NCBI GenBank assembly: GCA_964389655.1 | Contig: CAYMED010000001.1 | Coordinates: 1-64,000, forward strand | DNA from: an uncultured Candidatus Poseidoniales archaeon | GTDB taxonomy: Archaea; Thermoplasmatota; Poseidoniia; Poseidoniales; CAYMED01 | Direction of reading: 5' to 3' | Length of the DNA stretch: 64,000 bases | Shown: one piece after another, positions 29,440 through 38,552 of the stretch | Numbering within the stretch: position 1 is the first letter of the stretch | Layout: every line of letters begins with the position of its first letter | Notes under the pieces: model-generated | Databases searched by the model: none | What the model was told of the DNA's origin: nothing | Seen by the model: only the letters and a program-made list of their open reading frames with translations | Position numbers and translations under genes: made by a program

Positions 29440-31011
29440 GTGAATGCTGGCCAATCAGATGTTACTGGTGCTGGGCCCCAATTACCTGGGCAGAGTGCAA
29501 GGCAATCAAGTCTTGCCGCATTAACTGCGCTTTCAGATGCTGTTGAATCCACTTTAGGCCCAAAGGGTTTAGACAAACTTCTCGTCTCTGGGGACTCTAG
29601 TTCATACATAACCAATGATGGATCTGTCGTGCTTGACCGCGCAGATATACATCACCCAGCAGCCCAGATTATTGCATCATTGATCAAACACCATGCCACT
29701 TCTATTGGGGAAGGGACTTCAGACATACTCGTTTTATCTGGTAATTTGGCACGCGCAATTCAACCGCTTCTAAGACAAGGTATCCACCCCGTTATTATAC
29801 AGAGAAATTTGAGAAGTCTTGCCGATGAATTACGCCTTATTCTACCACAAATTCAGCGCCCCTTTGATCCGGTGGATGATTTGGAGATGCTGGTTTCAAC
29901 AACACTCAGGGGTTTAACTAATCCTTCTTTATCAGGGGCGCTTGTCAAAATCATATCATCTTGGTATACCACTCACAATATAAAACATCCATTTCAAGGC
30001 TCCCGCTCAAGAATTCGAATAGATGAATCAGTTGATGATCTCTCTGATCCAAAGTTCATTCGTGGAACGATCCTCAATAAAGATGTTTTGAACACCCAAG
30101 GTCGCCTCATTGAACGTGAAAGGGGAACTGTCCTTTTGCTGGATGGGGGCCTTGAGCATGGCTTTACTTCGCTGGAGGTAAAATTTCTCGTACAGGACCC
30201 CCTTGCCCTTAATGATATGAAAAAATACGAATTTAGCGCTATTGATCTCGAAATTAGCCGCCTCAAATCAATGGGTGTTGATCTGTTAGTTGTACGTGAT
30301 GGAATTCATGATGATGCACGCGATCTGCTTAGGAAACAAAATATATTAGCAATACGCAGGGTCGAATCGGACGATTTTTCCCATATTGCGCATGTTTCTG
30401 GCGCAACACCCGTTTCTCGAATTGAGAATGCGACAATAGATGATCTTGGCATTTTTGAAAAACTGGTTACCTCGAAAAGAGGGAATTCAGTCCATACTCA
30501 ACTTATTGGCGCTGCAGAAACGGATGCGGGAACAATCCTCATTCCTCGAAGTAATCGGAATTTATATCATGATCTAAGTCGAAATATCAAACGAGCGTTA
30601 GCGCGTATAGAATCAATCTCTTCTAATCCGTATCTAATTCCTGATGATGGAATAGGGCTGGCATGGCTTTCAATAGAAATGGCGGATGCCACGGATGACG
30701 ATGGTCGCGATGCGATGGTTCGTGCAGCATTTATTGCAGCACTTGAATCGATTACTTCTACGATTTCTCGAAATGCGGGTGTTGACTCGACTTACCTAAT
30801 CGACTCTGTGCGGAGTGCATTGCAGAAAGAAAAGAGCTTGTGGGGTGAGGCTATTGATCAAGAATTTCTCCCAAATATCCCTTCAATTCCAGTAATGCCA
30901 GTTTCGATCTTAGAAGAGATTATTTTTGGGGCAGTCGAATGTACTGTGCGTGCACTTCGCGTGGACGATATTGTTCTCATAGAAGGGGAAGAGCAAGAAG
31001 GGGTGGCATAA
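29440..31011 (+). CDS. Divergent group II chaperonin (thermosome/TCP-1 family) subunit
   Basis: STLGPKGLDKLL, ITNDG, HPAA, GIHP, AIRRV, NAG and LRVDDIV. GDGTT is altered to GEGTS. Start taken at GTG 29440. Confidence 0.85.
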   Translation: MNAGQSDVTGAGPQLPGQSARQSSLAALTALSDAVESTLGPKGLDKLLVSGDSSSYITNDGSVVLDRADIHHPAAQIIASLIKHHATSIGEGTSDILVLSGNLARAIQPLLRQGIHPVIIQRNLRSLADELRLILPQIQRPFDPVDDLEMLVSTTLRGLTNPSLSGALVKIISSWYTTHNIKHPFQGSRSRIRIDESVDDLSDPKFIRGTILNKDVLNTQGRLIERERGTVLLLDGGLEHGFTSLEVKFLVQDPLALNDMKKYEFSAIDLEISRLKSMGVDLLVVRDGIHDDARDLLRKQNILAIRRVESDDFSHIAHVSGATPVSRIENATIDDLGIFEKLVTSKRGNSVHTQLIGAAETDAGTILIPRSNRNLYHDLSRNIKRALARIESISSNPYLIPDDGIGLAWLSIEMADATDDDGRDAMVRAAFIAALESITSTISRNAGVDSTYLIDSVRSALQKEKSLWGEAIDQEFLPNIPSIPVMPVSILEEIIFGAVECTVRALRVDDIVLIEGEEQEGVA

Positions 31012-31099
31012 AATGCATGGTTCCCTTTTCATAAAACGAACCTTAAACTAACTTTAAGTTTACATTGTGCCATAGGTCTTCATATATGGCGAAGTCTCA

Positions 31100-33628
31100 A
31101 TGTGCTTTGGAGATGGGGTCGCATTGAGCGATAGCAAGACGGGAACTGTGCAAATAAAGGGGGCGGTTCCACTAGCTCCGTTGGATGAACTAAGGGCAAA
31201 GGCAGTTGGCTCACCAACCAAAGGTTACACTGGCCCTTCCACTTCGTCGAATGATGCATCTCTTCGTGATTCCCTTCGCCGAGAACGTAGATTGCGATTA
31301 AGGGCCCAAGCAGAACGGGTTGCTGATAAGAGTATAATTCTCAAACAAGAACAGCAATCTCATGCTGAACAGTCTTTAGCAACGATTGAGTTGCGCTTGC
31401 GCGCAGAAATGGAAGAAGATCTTGCGAAACTTGAAGCAGAGATGCTGGCTAGAGAAGAAGAGCGGATACGTGTTGAATATACTTCGCGCTTAGATCGCTC
31501 TGAAGAAGAACTGAAGGAACGCCTTGATCTTGAGAGGATACGTCGTTTGGAGGAACGGAAATCCGATATGATTGAGCGATTAAATGCTGAAATATCTAGC
31601 GAATATGAGCGCCGACGCGGGTTTTCGGAAGAAAAATTAGAACTGGAATCAAATCAGCGATTGAGGGAACTTTTAAGCGATTTAGAAGCAGAATTATCTG
31701 CCGAACTGCATGCGGATTATGAACGACAAGAAGGCGAACAGATTCAGCGAATTCGAGAAGAATTTGATGCCAAGCTAGCAGAGCGAGAAACTCAACTTCG
31801 AGCGGGTATTCGAAAGCGACTGGAACAGCAAATGCGCGCCCGACTTAAACAGAGAGAATCTCAATTACGGGCGGAGTATGAGAGACAAGGAAGAGTGCAA
31901 GAAGAAGATATTGCGCGAGATATTCAAACTCAGGTTGAGCAAAGGTTGAGGGATGAGACGGAGCGGCTTGAAGAACAGCTGAAAGAAGACCTTAACCTTG
32001 CAATAGCTCGTAGAAGGGAGGAGTTGCGGCGGTCGATTAGAGAGAGCATGGACCGCGCATATGCGGATCGTTTAGGATCACGAAAAAATCAATTGCGAGA
32101 GAAGTATGATTACGCATTTAGCGAACGCGTCAAAGAAATAGAAACCGAACTTCAACTTGAACTCCGTTCCGTAATGGAGCGCCTAACGGATGAAAATTTT
32201 GATCACTATCGCATTTCTCGAGAAACAGAAATGGAAAATCGATTGGTTAGGTTTAGATATGATCGAGAGCGAGAACTCCGAGACCGATTGGAGGATGAGT
32301 TTGGTGAGCGGAAACGTGCATTAAATGAATCTATAGAACACGAATTTGACCTTCGTGAGCAAGCATCTCAGCGCGACATTTTAAGTGAAATTGACTCAAT
32401 AGTCCGTAATGAACGTCTATCTCAAGAGACGGACCTTGATCTAGCAAGGGAAGAACTGACCGTTGAAAAAGAAGTAGACATGGAATTGCGCCTGAATGAA
32501 TTCCGAGTGAGGAAAGAACGCGAAGTAACTGAGCAATTGGAACGTCAACTTGGCAAACGTGAAGAAATTATGCGGAATCGCGCGCTGATTGAAGTAAGAA
32601 AGCAAGAAGCACAAATTCGAGCAGAAATCGAGGCGCAATTGGGTATACGGAGAGCCGAAGTACGTGAACGTATCAGGAGCCTCAACGAACGGATGGAGAA
32701 ATTCAAGAGTGATGCTGAACGTGAAATACGCGATCGAATTACGGAAGAAATACAGAAGGAAAGAGAGGAGCTAGATCAGGCCACAAAAGCCTATGAGGAT
32801 GCTGTGGCTGCATCTAAGGCACTTCCACCTCAGCCATCTCCCGTATCTTCCCTTTCGCCAGCGCCTATGGCTTCCCCTATGGCACAAACGCGCCGTGATG
32901 CATGGATGGCAGGACTCTCAGGGGGTTCCCCGGCAGGGCGTCCTGCAGGCCCAGGACTTGGTGTGGTTTCGGGGGGACTTGGTGGTTCACCTGCTTTAGG
33001 TGCATCACTTCCAACCCCTGCCCCATTTGGAAACTTGCCTAAACCCGTTTCGTCACCAGTTAGCGCGCCCATTCCGCGCGCCCCTGTTGGATTAGGTGGG
33101 GCCATGCCAGCTCCAATACGTGCTCCTATAACCCCTCTTTCTCCACCAGATAGGGATGAGAGTCCATCCCCTCAACCAATTAGGCCACCAATCACTTCCT
33201 CCGCAGAAGACCTTGCAGAGGATGTAGTTTCTTCAACACCTTCTGGATCCCCACCTGCTCGCCGGGGCCCTCCCAGTGGGCCATCACGTGGGCCACCATC
33301 TACTGTCCCCCCTTCATCCCCGCGCCCATCACGTGGGCCCCCAGCAGGGATGCAAAGGCCAAGAACCCCCCCGGGTGGACCAAGCCGCCGCCCAACAGGG
33401 TCCCCACCGAGGGGTCCACCTGACAGCAGAAAGAAGACATTAGCGGATGACCAAAGTGAGCGTGCTGATGTTGGGGAATTAGATTCTGAAATCGCTTCTG
33501 TGATTCGATTAGAGCCACTTGTCCGCTTGCAACCAACTCCTGAACCCCTCGCTGAGAGCAATGCGGAAAATGCCCCATCTGTGATTCCAAGAACACGGTT
33601 GATGCCACTTGGTGATTCTGAAGAATGA
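31100..33628 (+). CDS. Very long E/R-rich coiled-coil protein with Pro/Gly/Arg-rich disordered C-terminus
   Basis: About 520 aa of uninterrupted, Pro-free E/R/L helix followed by a P/S/G-rich region with RGPP repeats. No TM or signal peptide. Confidence 0.85.
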   Translation: MCFGDGVALSDSKTGTVQIKGAVPLAPLDELRAKAVGSPTKGYTGPSTSSNDASLRDSLRRERRLRLRAQAERVADKSIILKQEQQSHAEQSLATIELRLRAEMEEDLAKLEAEMLAREEERIRVEYTSRLDRSEEELKERLDLERIRRLEERKSDMIERLNAEISSEYERRRGFSEEKLELESNQRLRELLSDLEAELSAELHADYERQEGEQIQRIREEFDAKLAERETQLRAGIRKRLEQQMRARLKQRESQLRAEYERQGRVQEEDIARDIQTQVEQRLRDETERLEEQLKEDLNLAIARRREELRRSIRESMDRAYADRLGSRKNQLREKYDYAFSERVKEIETELQLELRSVMERLTDENFDHYRISRETEMENRLVRFRYDRERELRDRLEDEFGERKRALNESIEHEFDLREQASQRDILSEIDSIVRNERLSQETDLDLAREELTVEKEVDMELRLNEFRVRKEREVTEQLERQLGKREEIMRNRALIEVRKQEAQIRAEIEAQLGIRRAEVRERIRSLNERMEKFKSDAEREIRDRITEEIQKEREELDQATKAYEDAVAASKALPPQPSPVSSLSPAPMASPMAQTRRDAWMAGLSGGSPAGRPAGPGLGVVSGGLGGSPALGASLPTPAPFGNLPKPVSSPVSAPIPRAPVGLGGAMPAPIRAPITPLSPPDRDESPSPQPIRPPITSSAEDLAEDVVSSTPSGSPPARRGPPSGPSRGPPSTVPPSSPRPSRGPPAGMQRPRTPPGGPSRRPTGSPPRGPPDSRKKTLADDQSERADVGELDSEIASVIRLEPLVRLQPTPEPLAESNAENAPSVIPRTRLMPLGDSEE
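33281..33339 (+). repeat. 14-bp direct repeat CCATCACGTGGGCC encoding part of the PSRGPP repeats
   Basis: Copies at 33281-33294 and 33326-33339. Confidence 0.7.
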
Positions 33629-33635
33629 TGTTTCC

Positions 33636-33881
33636 TTAATCTCGCAAAAATCGGATGGGAAGGACTTTTTCTCTCAGATGGCGCAACAAGTCAGGCTGTA
33701 TGGCAGCTTCCCCCTGGTGATTTCTCAGTAGGACGCGCAAAATATTATTCCATGCTTTTGTTGTTGTTCGTAATTCCACTTCACCAATGCAGGCAAGCAG
33801 CAATAAAGATTCTTCAGGACTATCCGCTTGGCATAGGCCCCGCAGAATTGTTTCTGCTCCGATTTCGATCACTGATGGCAT
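33636..33881 (-). CDS. Small protein resembling the N-terminal half of a PIN domain (acidic catalytic residues lost)
   Basis: IEIGAETILRGL...SP..SLLLLA..GEVEL.TT..AWNNILRVL aligns by eye to VVLDTNVLISAL...P..LL.LA..G..EL.TS..IL.EL.RVL. SD GAGGGG upstream. Confidence 0.5.
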   Translation of the reverse strand: MPSVIEIGAETILRGLCQADSPEESLLLLACIGEVELRTTTKAWNNILRVLLRNHQGEAAIQPDLLRHLREKVLPIRFLRD

Positions 33882-33890
33882 CCAGTCCCC

Positions 33891-34118
33891 TCATTCTTTC
33901 AGGCGCCGGACTAAATTATCAATATCCATTCCTTTGAGTGATGATATCTGATCTCGTAAGTCTGTAATATGGTTCTGTAATCTGCGAAGTTGATGTTGTT
34001 TGACCATGTCTTTGATCAGAGCATCAACACTTTGGTGCCCTTCCATTGACTTGAGGGAATTCAATAACCTTCTCGCCTCAAAACTGACGCTAACTGATGT
34101 CATACCTTCTCCTGTCAT
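33891..34118 (-). CDS. Ribbon-helix-helix (CopG/VapB-like) DNA-binding protein with C-terminal coiled coil
   Basis: Strand TSVSVS, helix FEARRLLNSLKSME, G-x-x-S turn, helix VDALIKDMVKQ. Confidence 0.65.
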   Translation of the reverse strand: MTGEGMTSVSVSFEARRLLNSLKSMEGHQSVDALIKDMVKQHQLRRLQNHITDLRDQISSLKGMDIDNLVRRLKE

Positions 34119-34131
34119 ATATTCATCCCTT

Positions 34132-35094
34132 TCAATTCATCTTATTTGGTTCAATATATCCCTTCTTTTCGCGATATCTTAGCATTCTCTCGTTGAATTG
34201 CTTAAAAAAAGACCAATAGTGTTTTGCTCCTCTTCCAAACTTTTTCGGTGCACCTTTATCTTGGAGAAGCACTATCGGAGCACCATAGTTTACAGCTTCA
34301 GCAATGGCAATTCTTCGGAAGATGACTGCTGGTTCTTCGAACACTTGATGGTCAAAACGCCGCCGAATTTCATCTGAGACCATTTCATGTAATGTTGTAT
34401 TTTCTCGCATGGTTTCCAGTATTCCAAACAATTTGATTCGGGGGTTTAATTGTCGCTTCAATTGATTCACAGTTTCAAGCATTTGTCCCAATCCTTCAAT
34501 TGCATACCACTCTGGCTGAACGGGGACTAAGAGGAAATTAGCAGCAACAAGGGCATTTATTGTCAGTAAACTCACGCTGGGTGATGTGTCGATAATGATG
34601 TGATCAAATTCAGATGCCACTTCATTGATGATGTCTCTCAACCTTGTTTCTCGGCCGATTTTATTTGATAGTTCGATGTTTGCCCCGGTTAAATTAATGT
34701 CTGATGGCAAGATCCACAGGTTTGAAACTTGGAATGTGTCTTCCGGTATTTTCCCATTTGGTGTAGCGGATCTTCTTTTTCCTTGCATTGATTCTGTGAT
34801 AAGTTCAGGCGTGAGCAAATATTGTTCGATGTTGCGCAAGATTTCTCCATCGTCGTCCATTAATAGATTGGAGATTGTATGTTTCACCAGTGATTTTTCA
34901 ATGCCAAAACTAGTAGCAACATTTCCTTGAGGGTCTAAATCGATAAGCAATACTTTCTGTGGTTTGATTCCATCTTCAGGGTCTCCTTTTGAGAGGGCAG
35001 CTGCCAAATTTACAGCAGTGGTTGTTTTTGCACAACCTCCTTTCATATTTGATACAGCAATCACTGATTTGTGTGGGCCGTATCCGATGCTCAA
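34132..35094 (-). CDS. parA: ParA/Soj family ATPase
   Basis: Deviant Walker A NMKGGCAKTTT, LLIDLDPQGN, IIIDTSPS, NALVAA...PVQPEWYAIEG and IAEA..YGAPI. Confidence 0.9.
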   Translation of the reverse strand: MSIGYGPHKSVIAVSNMKGGCAKTTTAVNLAAALSKGDPEDGIKPQKVLLIDLDPQGNVATSFGIEKSLVKHTISNLLMDDDGEILRNIEQYLLTPELITESMQGKRRSATPNGKIPEDTFQVSNLWILPSDINLTGANIELSNKIGRETRLRDIINEVASEFDHIIIDTSPSVSLLTINALVAANFLLVPVQPEWYAIEGLGQMLETVNQLKRQLNPRIKLFGILETMRENTTLHEMVSDEIRRRFDHQVFEEPAVIFRRIAIAEAVNYGAPIVLLQDKGAPKKFGRGAKHYWSFFKQFNERMLRYREKKGYIEPNKMN

Positions 35095-35202
35095 CCCTCC
35101 TTAGTTACAAGCCGGTCGTGGGTGCCTTTCAATTCTTCAGTGTAATGTATATTGATAAAGCCAAATTCCAACCAGTAGTGCATATGCCACACTTTGTCGA
35201 AT

Positions 35203-36252
35203 TCATGCTTGTTGAATAACAGGTACTGGGACTTCAGACAATATTTTTCGCATGATGTGCATCCCTGTGATGCCACGTATTTTCGCTTCAGGCTTCATTG
35301 AAATTCTGTGGCTTACAATATTCAATGCCATGCCTTTAATGTCATCTGGAATTACAAAATCACGTCCATCAATCGCTGCCGATGCGCGTCCAGCCTTGAA
35401 CAAACCTTGGCAGGCACGGGGGGATGCTCCATTGATCACACGATGGTCTTCACGACTTCGCTGAACGATTTCGACAATATATGACAAGATGGCAGGATCA
35501 ACATGTACTGTTTCTAGGGCCTTTTGCATTGCAACAATCTTCTTTGGAGATGTGATTTGTGTTACGTCGTGATCATCCTTTCCGCGTAATTTTCTACGTG
35601 CAAGTATCGCCTTTTCTTCAGATCTGTCTGGGTATCCCATGCTCATTTTGATCAAAAAACGATCCATTTGCGCTTCCGGAAGAGGATATGTGCCTTCTTG
35701 TTCAACGGGATTTTGCGTGGCAAGAACTACGAACGGGGCAGGAAGCTTGTGTGTGACACCTTCGATTGTAACTTGCTTTTCTTCCATTGCCTCTAGTAAA
35801 GCCGCCTGCGTCTTTGGTGGGGCGCGGTTAATTTCATCAGCCAATAATATATTTGCAAAAAGCGGCCCTGGCCGGAGTTTAAACTCACCAGCTTTTTGGT
35901 CATACATGTATGTGCCCATGATGTCGGATGGGAGAAGGTCGGGGGTGAATTGAACGCGCTTGAATTTACACCCCAATGCCTTTGAAAAAGTATTGGAGAG
36001 CATGGTTTTTCCAAGGCCAGGGAAATCCTCCAATAAGATGTTCCCGTTGGAGAGGATGGCAACAGTAACTCTTCTCAAGTTCTCTTGTTTACCAATAATA
36101 ACTTTTGAAACTTCACTCATCAAACCTGAGGTGATCGCACTAACTGTGGAAATCAAATCTTTGCTACGGGAGTCTCCTCCGCTCGTCGACGCTGCATAAT
36201 CGGCTGTCAAGGTAATACCTCCGAGTGGATTGAAGTCAGGAGTGTCGTTCAT
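35203..36252 (-). CDS. MoxR family AAA+ ATPase
   Basis: LEDFPGLGKT, RVQFTPDLLPSD, LLADEINRAPPKTQAALLEAM and NPVEQEGTYPLPEAQMDRF. Confidence 0.95.
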   Translation of the reverse strand: MNDTPDFNPLGGITLTADYAASTSGGDSRSKDLISTVSAITSGLMSEVSKVIIGKQENLRRVTVAILSNGNILLEDFPGLGKTMLSNTFSKALGCKFKRVQFTPDLLPSDIMGTYMYDQKAGEFKLRPGPLFANILLADEINRAPPKTQAALLEAMEEKQVTIEGVTHKLPAPFVVLATQNPVEQEGTYPLPEAQMDRFLIKMSMGYPDRSEEKAILARRKLRGKDDHDVTQITSPKKIVAMQKALETVHVDPAILSYIVEIVQRSREDHRVINGASPRACQGLFKAGRASAAIDGRDFVIPDDIKGMALNIVSHRISMKPEAKIRGITGMHIMRKILSEVPVPVIQQA

Positions 36253-36289
36253 CAAGGTTGGGGGTGGGCGGGCATAGCAATTCAACTCC

Positions 36290-38098
36290 TCATCTTCCCC
36301 AAAAGTGGTCATTTTTCCTGTGAATCGAGCATATAATCTCTAGGGCTAGTTTAGTACCCTCATCAAGACTCCCCCCCCCCAGCATCCGCGCCTGAGCGGA
36401 GGTGAGATCAGCAAGAATATGGTCTTCTTCTTCGATGTTTCTTCCGACAATACCGCCCTCTATGGCTATGGCCAATTCATCACCCGCACTAGCGGAGTCA
36501 TGAGAGGTCTCATCAGTGCGTATTGAGCGGATTTTTCCGATGTATTCTCCATTCATGCGTATGAGGCGCTGCCCAACTTTGATTCTGCCAGAACGTATTC
36601 TAACTCCTACTACGGCAGGTCCACTTCGTCTGAATATGTGGTTTTTTAGGACAAAGATCTCTGCAGGGTAAATGGAAGGTGTAGTCCCATCATTTTGCAA
36701 AGCCTCTTTCCTTTCTTTTCTCCAAGTGATTAGTTCATCGATGAGCTGGTAAATGATATTCCCTTCAATAATTTCAATACCTTCGTTCATGGCATCATCT
36801 CGTATTTCTTGTCGAATTATGCTACCATATGCTAGGATTGCACGATTCAGCGGGTCCTCATTTATTTTAGCACGCCGTATGTCTTTACGAGTTACTTGCC
36901 CAACTCCTGCGAAAACAACTTTTGCATTGGTATTGGTAAGTTCGGCTGCAAGTGCTTCGATGCTCCCAAGTGAATCTCCGCGAATTACAATTCCCTTGCT
37001 TGCAGTTTTGATTGTAGAGGTGCTGGAGTGGAGCACTTCAGCTTCTTTCTCTTTCCTATCATCATCTGAGCCTACGGACACCATGAGAGACCCGGGTATG
37101 ATCTCGTTGAGGTTAGGTGCAAGGAGCCGTACCCCGCAAGCGGCTTTACATGACCGCACATCATCCCAGCGGTCGCCAGCATCCCTCATTTCACTCATTC
37201 CTCTTGGCCGAAACATTCCTCTGACATGTGTTTCAATAATGCCACTTTCACTTGCTAGAATAATTCGGTCCCCTTGATTCAATTCACCAGACGATAGAAT
37301 CACATCACAGACTCTCCCCATCCCCTTTGCATCTTTTACTTCAAGCACAGTCCCGCGCGCACCTCCCCCATTTTTCACTCCTAATTGATCGAGCAAGAAT
37401 GCATTCGCTAATCCAACAATGATGGCTAGCAAATCTTGTATACCTTCATGGTCTCTTGCGCTGCAGGGGATAATTGAAACCACGTTTCGCATATCTTCAT
37501 TACGCGTGTATAGATCGGCATTTATCCCATGGCTAGCAAGGTCTCCTATTAGCGCCCATATTTTCTCATCCAAGATGCTTCGAGGCCCATCCTTTTGTTT
37601 TGGGAGCGATTGAACAAATGGGCGATTGCTTTTACATTTCCATCCGTGGATTCGATCAATTTTAGTGGCAGCAACGATAAACGGTGTCTTTGCCTCAATG
37701 AGGAGCCGTATGGATTCTTCAGTTTGGGGTTTGAATCCATCTAATATGTCGATTACAAGTACTGCAAGGTCGGCTAAAGAACCCCCTCTTGCCCTCAACC
37801 CATTGAATGCAGCATGTCCCGGCGTGTCAATGAATAGCAACCCGGATGAATGAAATTTCTCCCCAATAAGGGGTGCGCATAAATCATTCAATAGTTTTGA
37901 TGGGATTTCTGTGGCGCCAATGTGTTGTGTAATCCCACCTGATTCACGCTCAGCAATTGATGCCTGCCGGTCTTCCCGGGCACCCAGCGACCGTATTCTA
38001 TCGAGCATTGTCGTTTTTCCATGATCAACGTGGCCAAGAACTGCAACAATTGGTTGCCGGGGCGCGGCGGGCCCCTGCCCTGTTGTTTTGTCACTCAT
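36290..38098 (-). CDS. infB: Translation initiation factor aIF5B (IF-2)
   Basis: RQPIVAVLGHVDHGKTT, GGITQHIGA, DTPGH, TKID, GSIEAL and C-terminal FWG. Confidence 0.95.
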   Translation of the reverse strand: MSDKTTGQGPAAPRQPIVAVLGHVDHGKTTMLDRIRSLGAREDRQASIAERESGGITQHIGATEIPSKLLNDLCAPLIGEKFHSSGLLFIDTPGHAAFNGLRARGGSLADLAVLVIDILDGFKPQTEESIRLLIEAKTPFIVAATKIDRIHGWKCKSNRPFVQSLPKQKDGPRSILDEKIWALIGDLASHGINADLYTRNEDMRNVVSIIPCSARDHEGIQDLLAIIVGLANAFLLDQLGVKNGGGARGTVLEVKDAKGMGRVCDVILSSGELNQGDRIILASESGIIETHVRGMFRPRGMSEMRDAGDRWDDVRSCKAACGVRLLAPNLNEIIPGSLMVSVGSDDDRKEKEAEVLHSSTSTIKTASKGIVIRGDSLGSIEALAAELTNTNAKVVFAGVGQVTRKDIRRAKINEDPLNRAILAYGSIIRQEIRDDAMNEGIEIIEGNIIYQLIDELITWRKERKEALQNDGTTPSIYPAEIFVLKNHIFRRSGPAVVGVRIRSGRIKVGQRLIRMNGEYIGKIRSIRTDETSHDSASAGDELAIAIEGGIVGRNIEEEDHILADLTSAQARMLGGGSLDEGTKLALEIICSIHRKNDHFWGR

Positions 38099-38537
38099 AT
38101 ATGTGGCTCTCCCGGGTGGGCTGCCACACGGTCAACCCATCGGGGAACCAAAGATTGAGTTCACTCATGGCAGTATCTTGACCATCGCTTCCATGAACTA
38201 TATTGCGTCCAATATCAAGCGCATAATCTCCACGGATTGTTCCGGGCGCTGCTTCAGCTGGGTTTGTGGCCCCAATTATGAAGCGCGCAATGCCGATGGC
38301 ATCCTTTCCTTTCCATGCCATGGCAAAAACTGGGCCAGATGTTATGAATTCAATGAGTGCGGTGAAAAAAGGCCGTTCCGAATGGACTGAATAGTGCTTT
38401 TGTGCTAATTCTAAACTTGGTTGGAGGAAGCGGCCACCCACCATTTTGAGTCCGCGCCGCTCAAATCTGCCAATCACCTCGGATATCAATCCACGTTCAA
38501 CGCCATCGGGTTTGATCATGACGAATGTAGTTTCCAT
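38091..38537 (-). CDS. ndk: Nucleoside diphosphate kinase
   Basis: TFVMIKPDGV, PGTIRGD and NIVHGSD. Confidence 0.97.
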   Translation of the reverse strand: METTFVMIKPDGVERGLISEVIGRFERRGLKMVGGRFLQPSLELAQKHYSVHSERPFFTALIEFITSGPVFAMAWKGKDAIGIARFIIGATNPAEAAPGTIRGDYALDIGRNIVHGSDGQDTAMSELNLWFPDGLTVWQPTRESHIYE

Positions 38538-38552
38538 TTCTATCCCCAATCT

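Noticed and set aside
31100-33628. SMC/Rad50 or phage tape-measure protein
   Set aside because: No Walker motifs, hinge or zinc hook, and no phage genes nearby.
36371-36380. G10 tract in infB as another frameshift
   Set aside because: The frame is intact and continues to the conserved FWG C-terminus.
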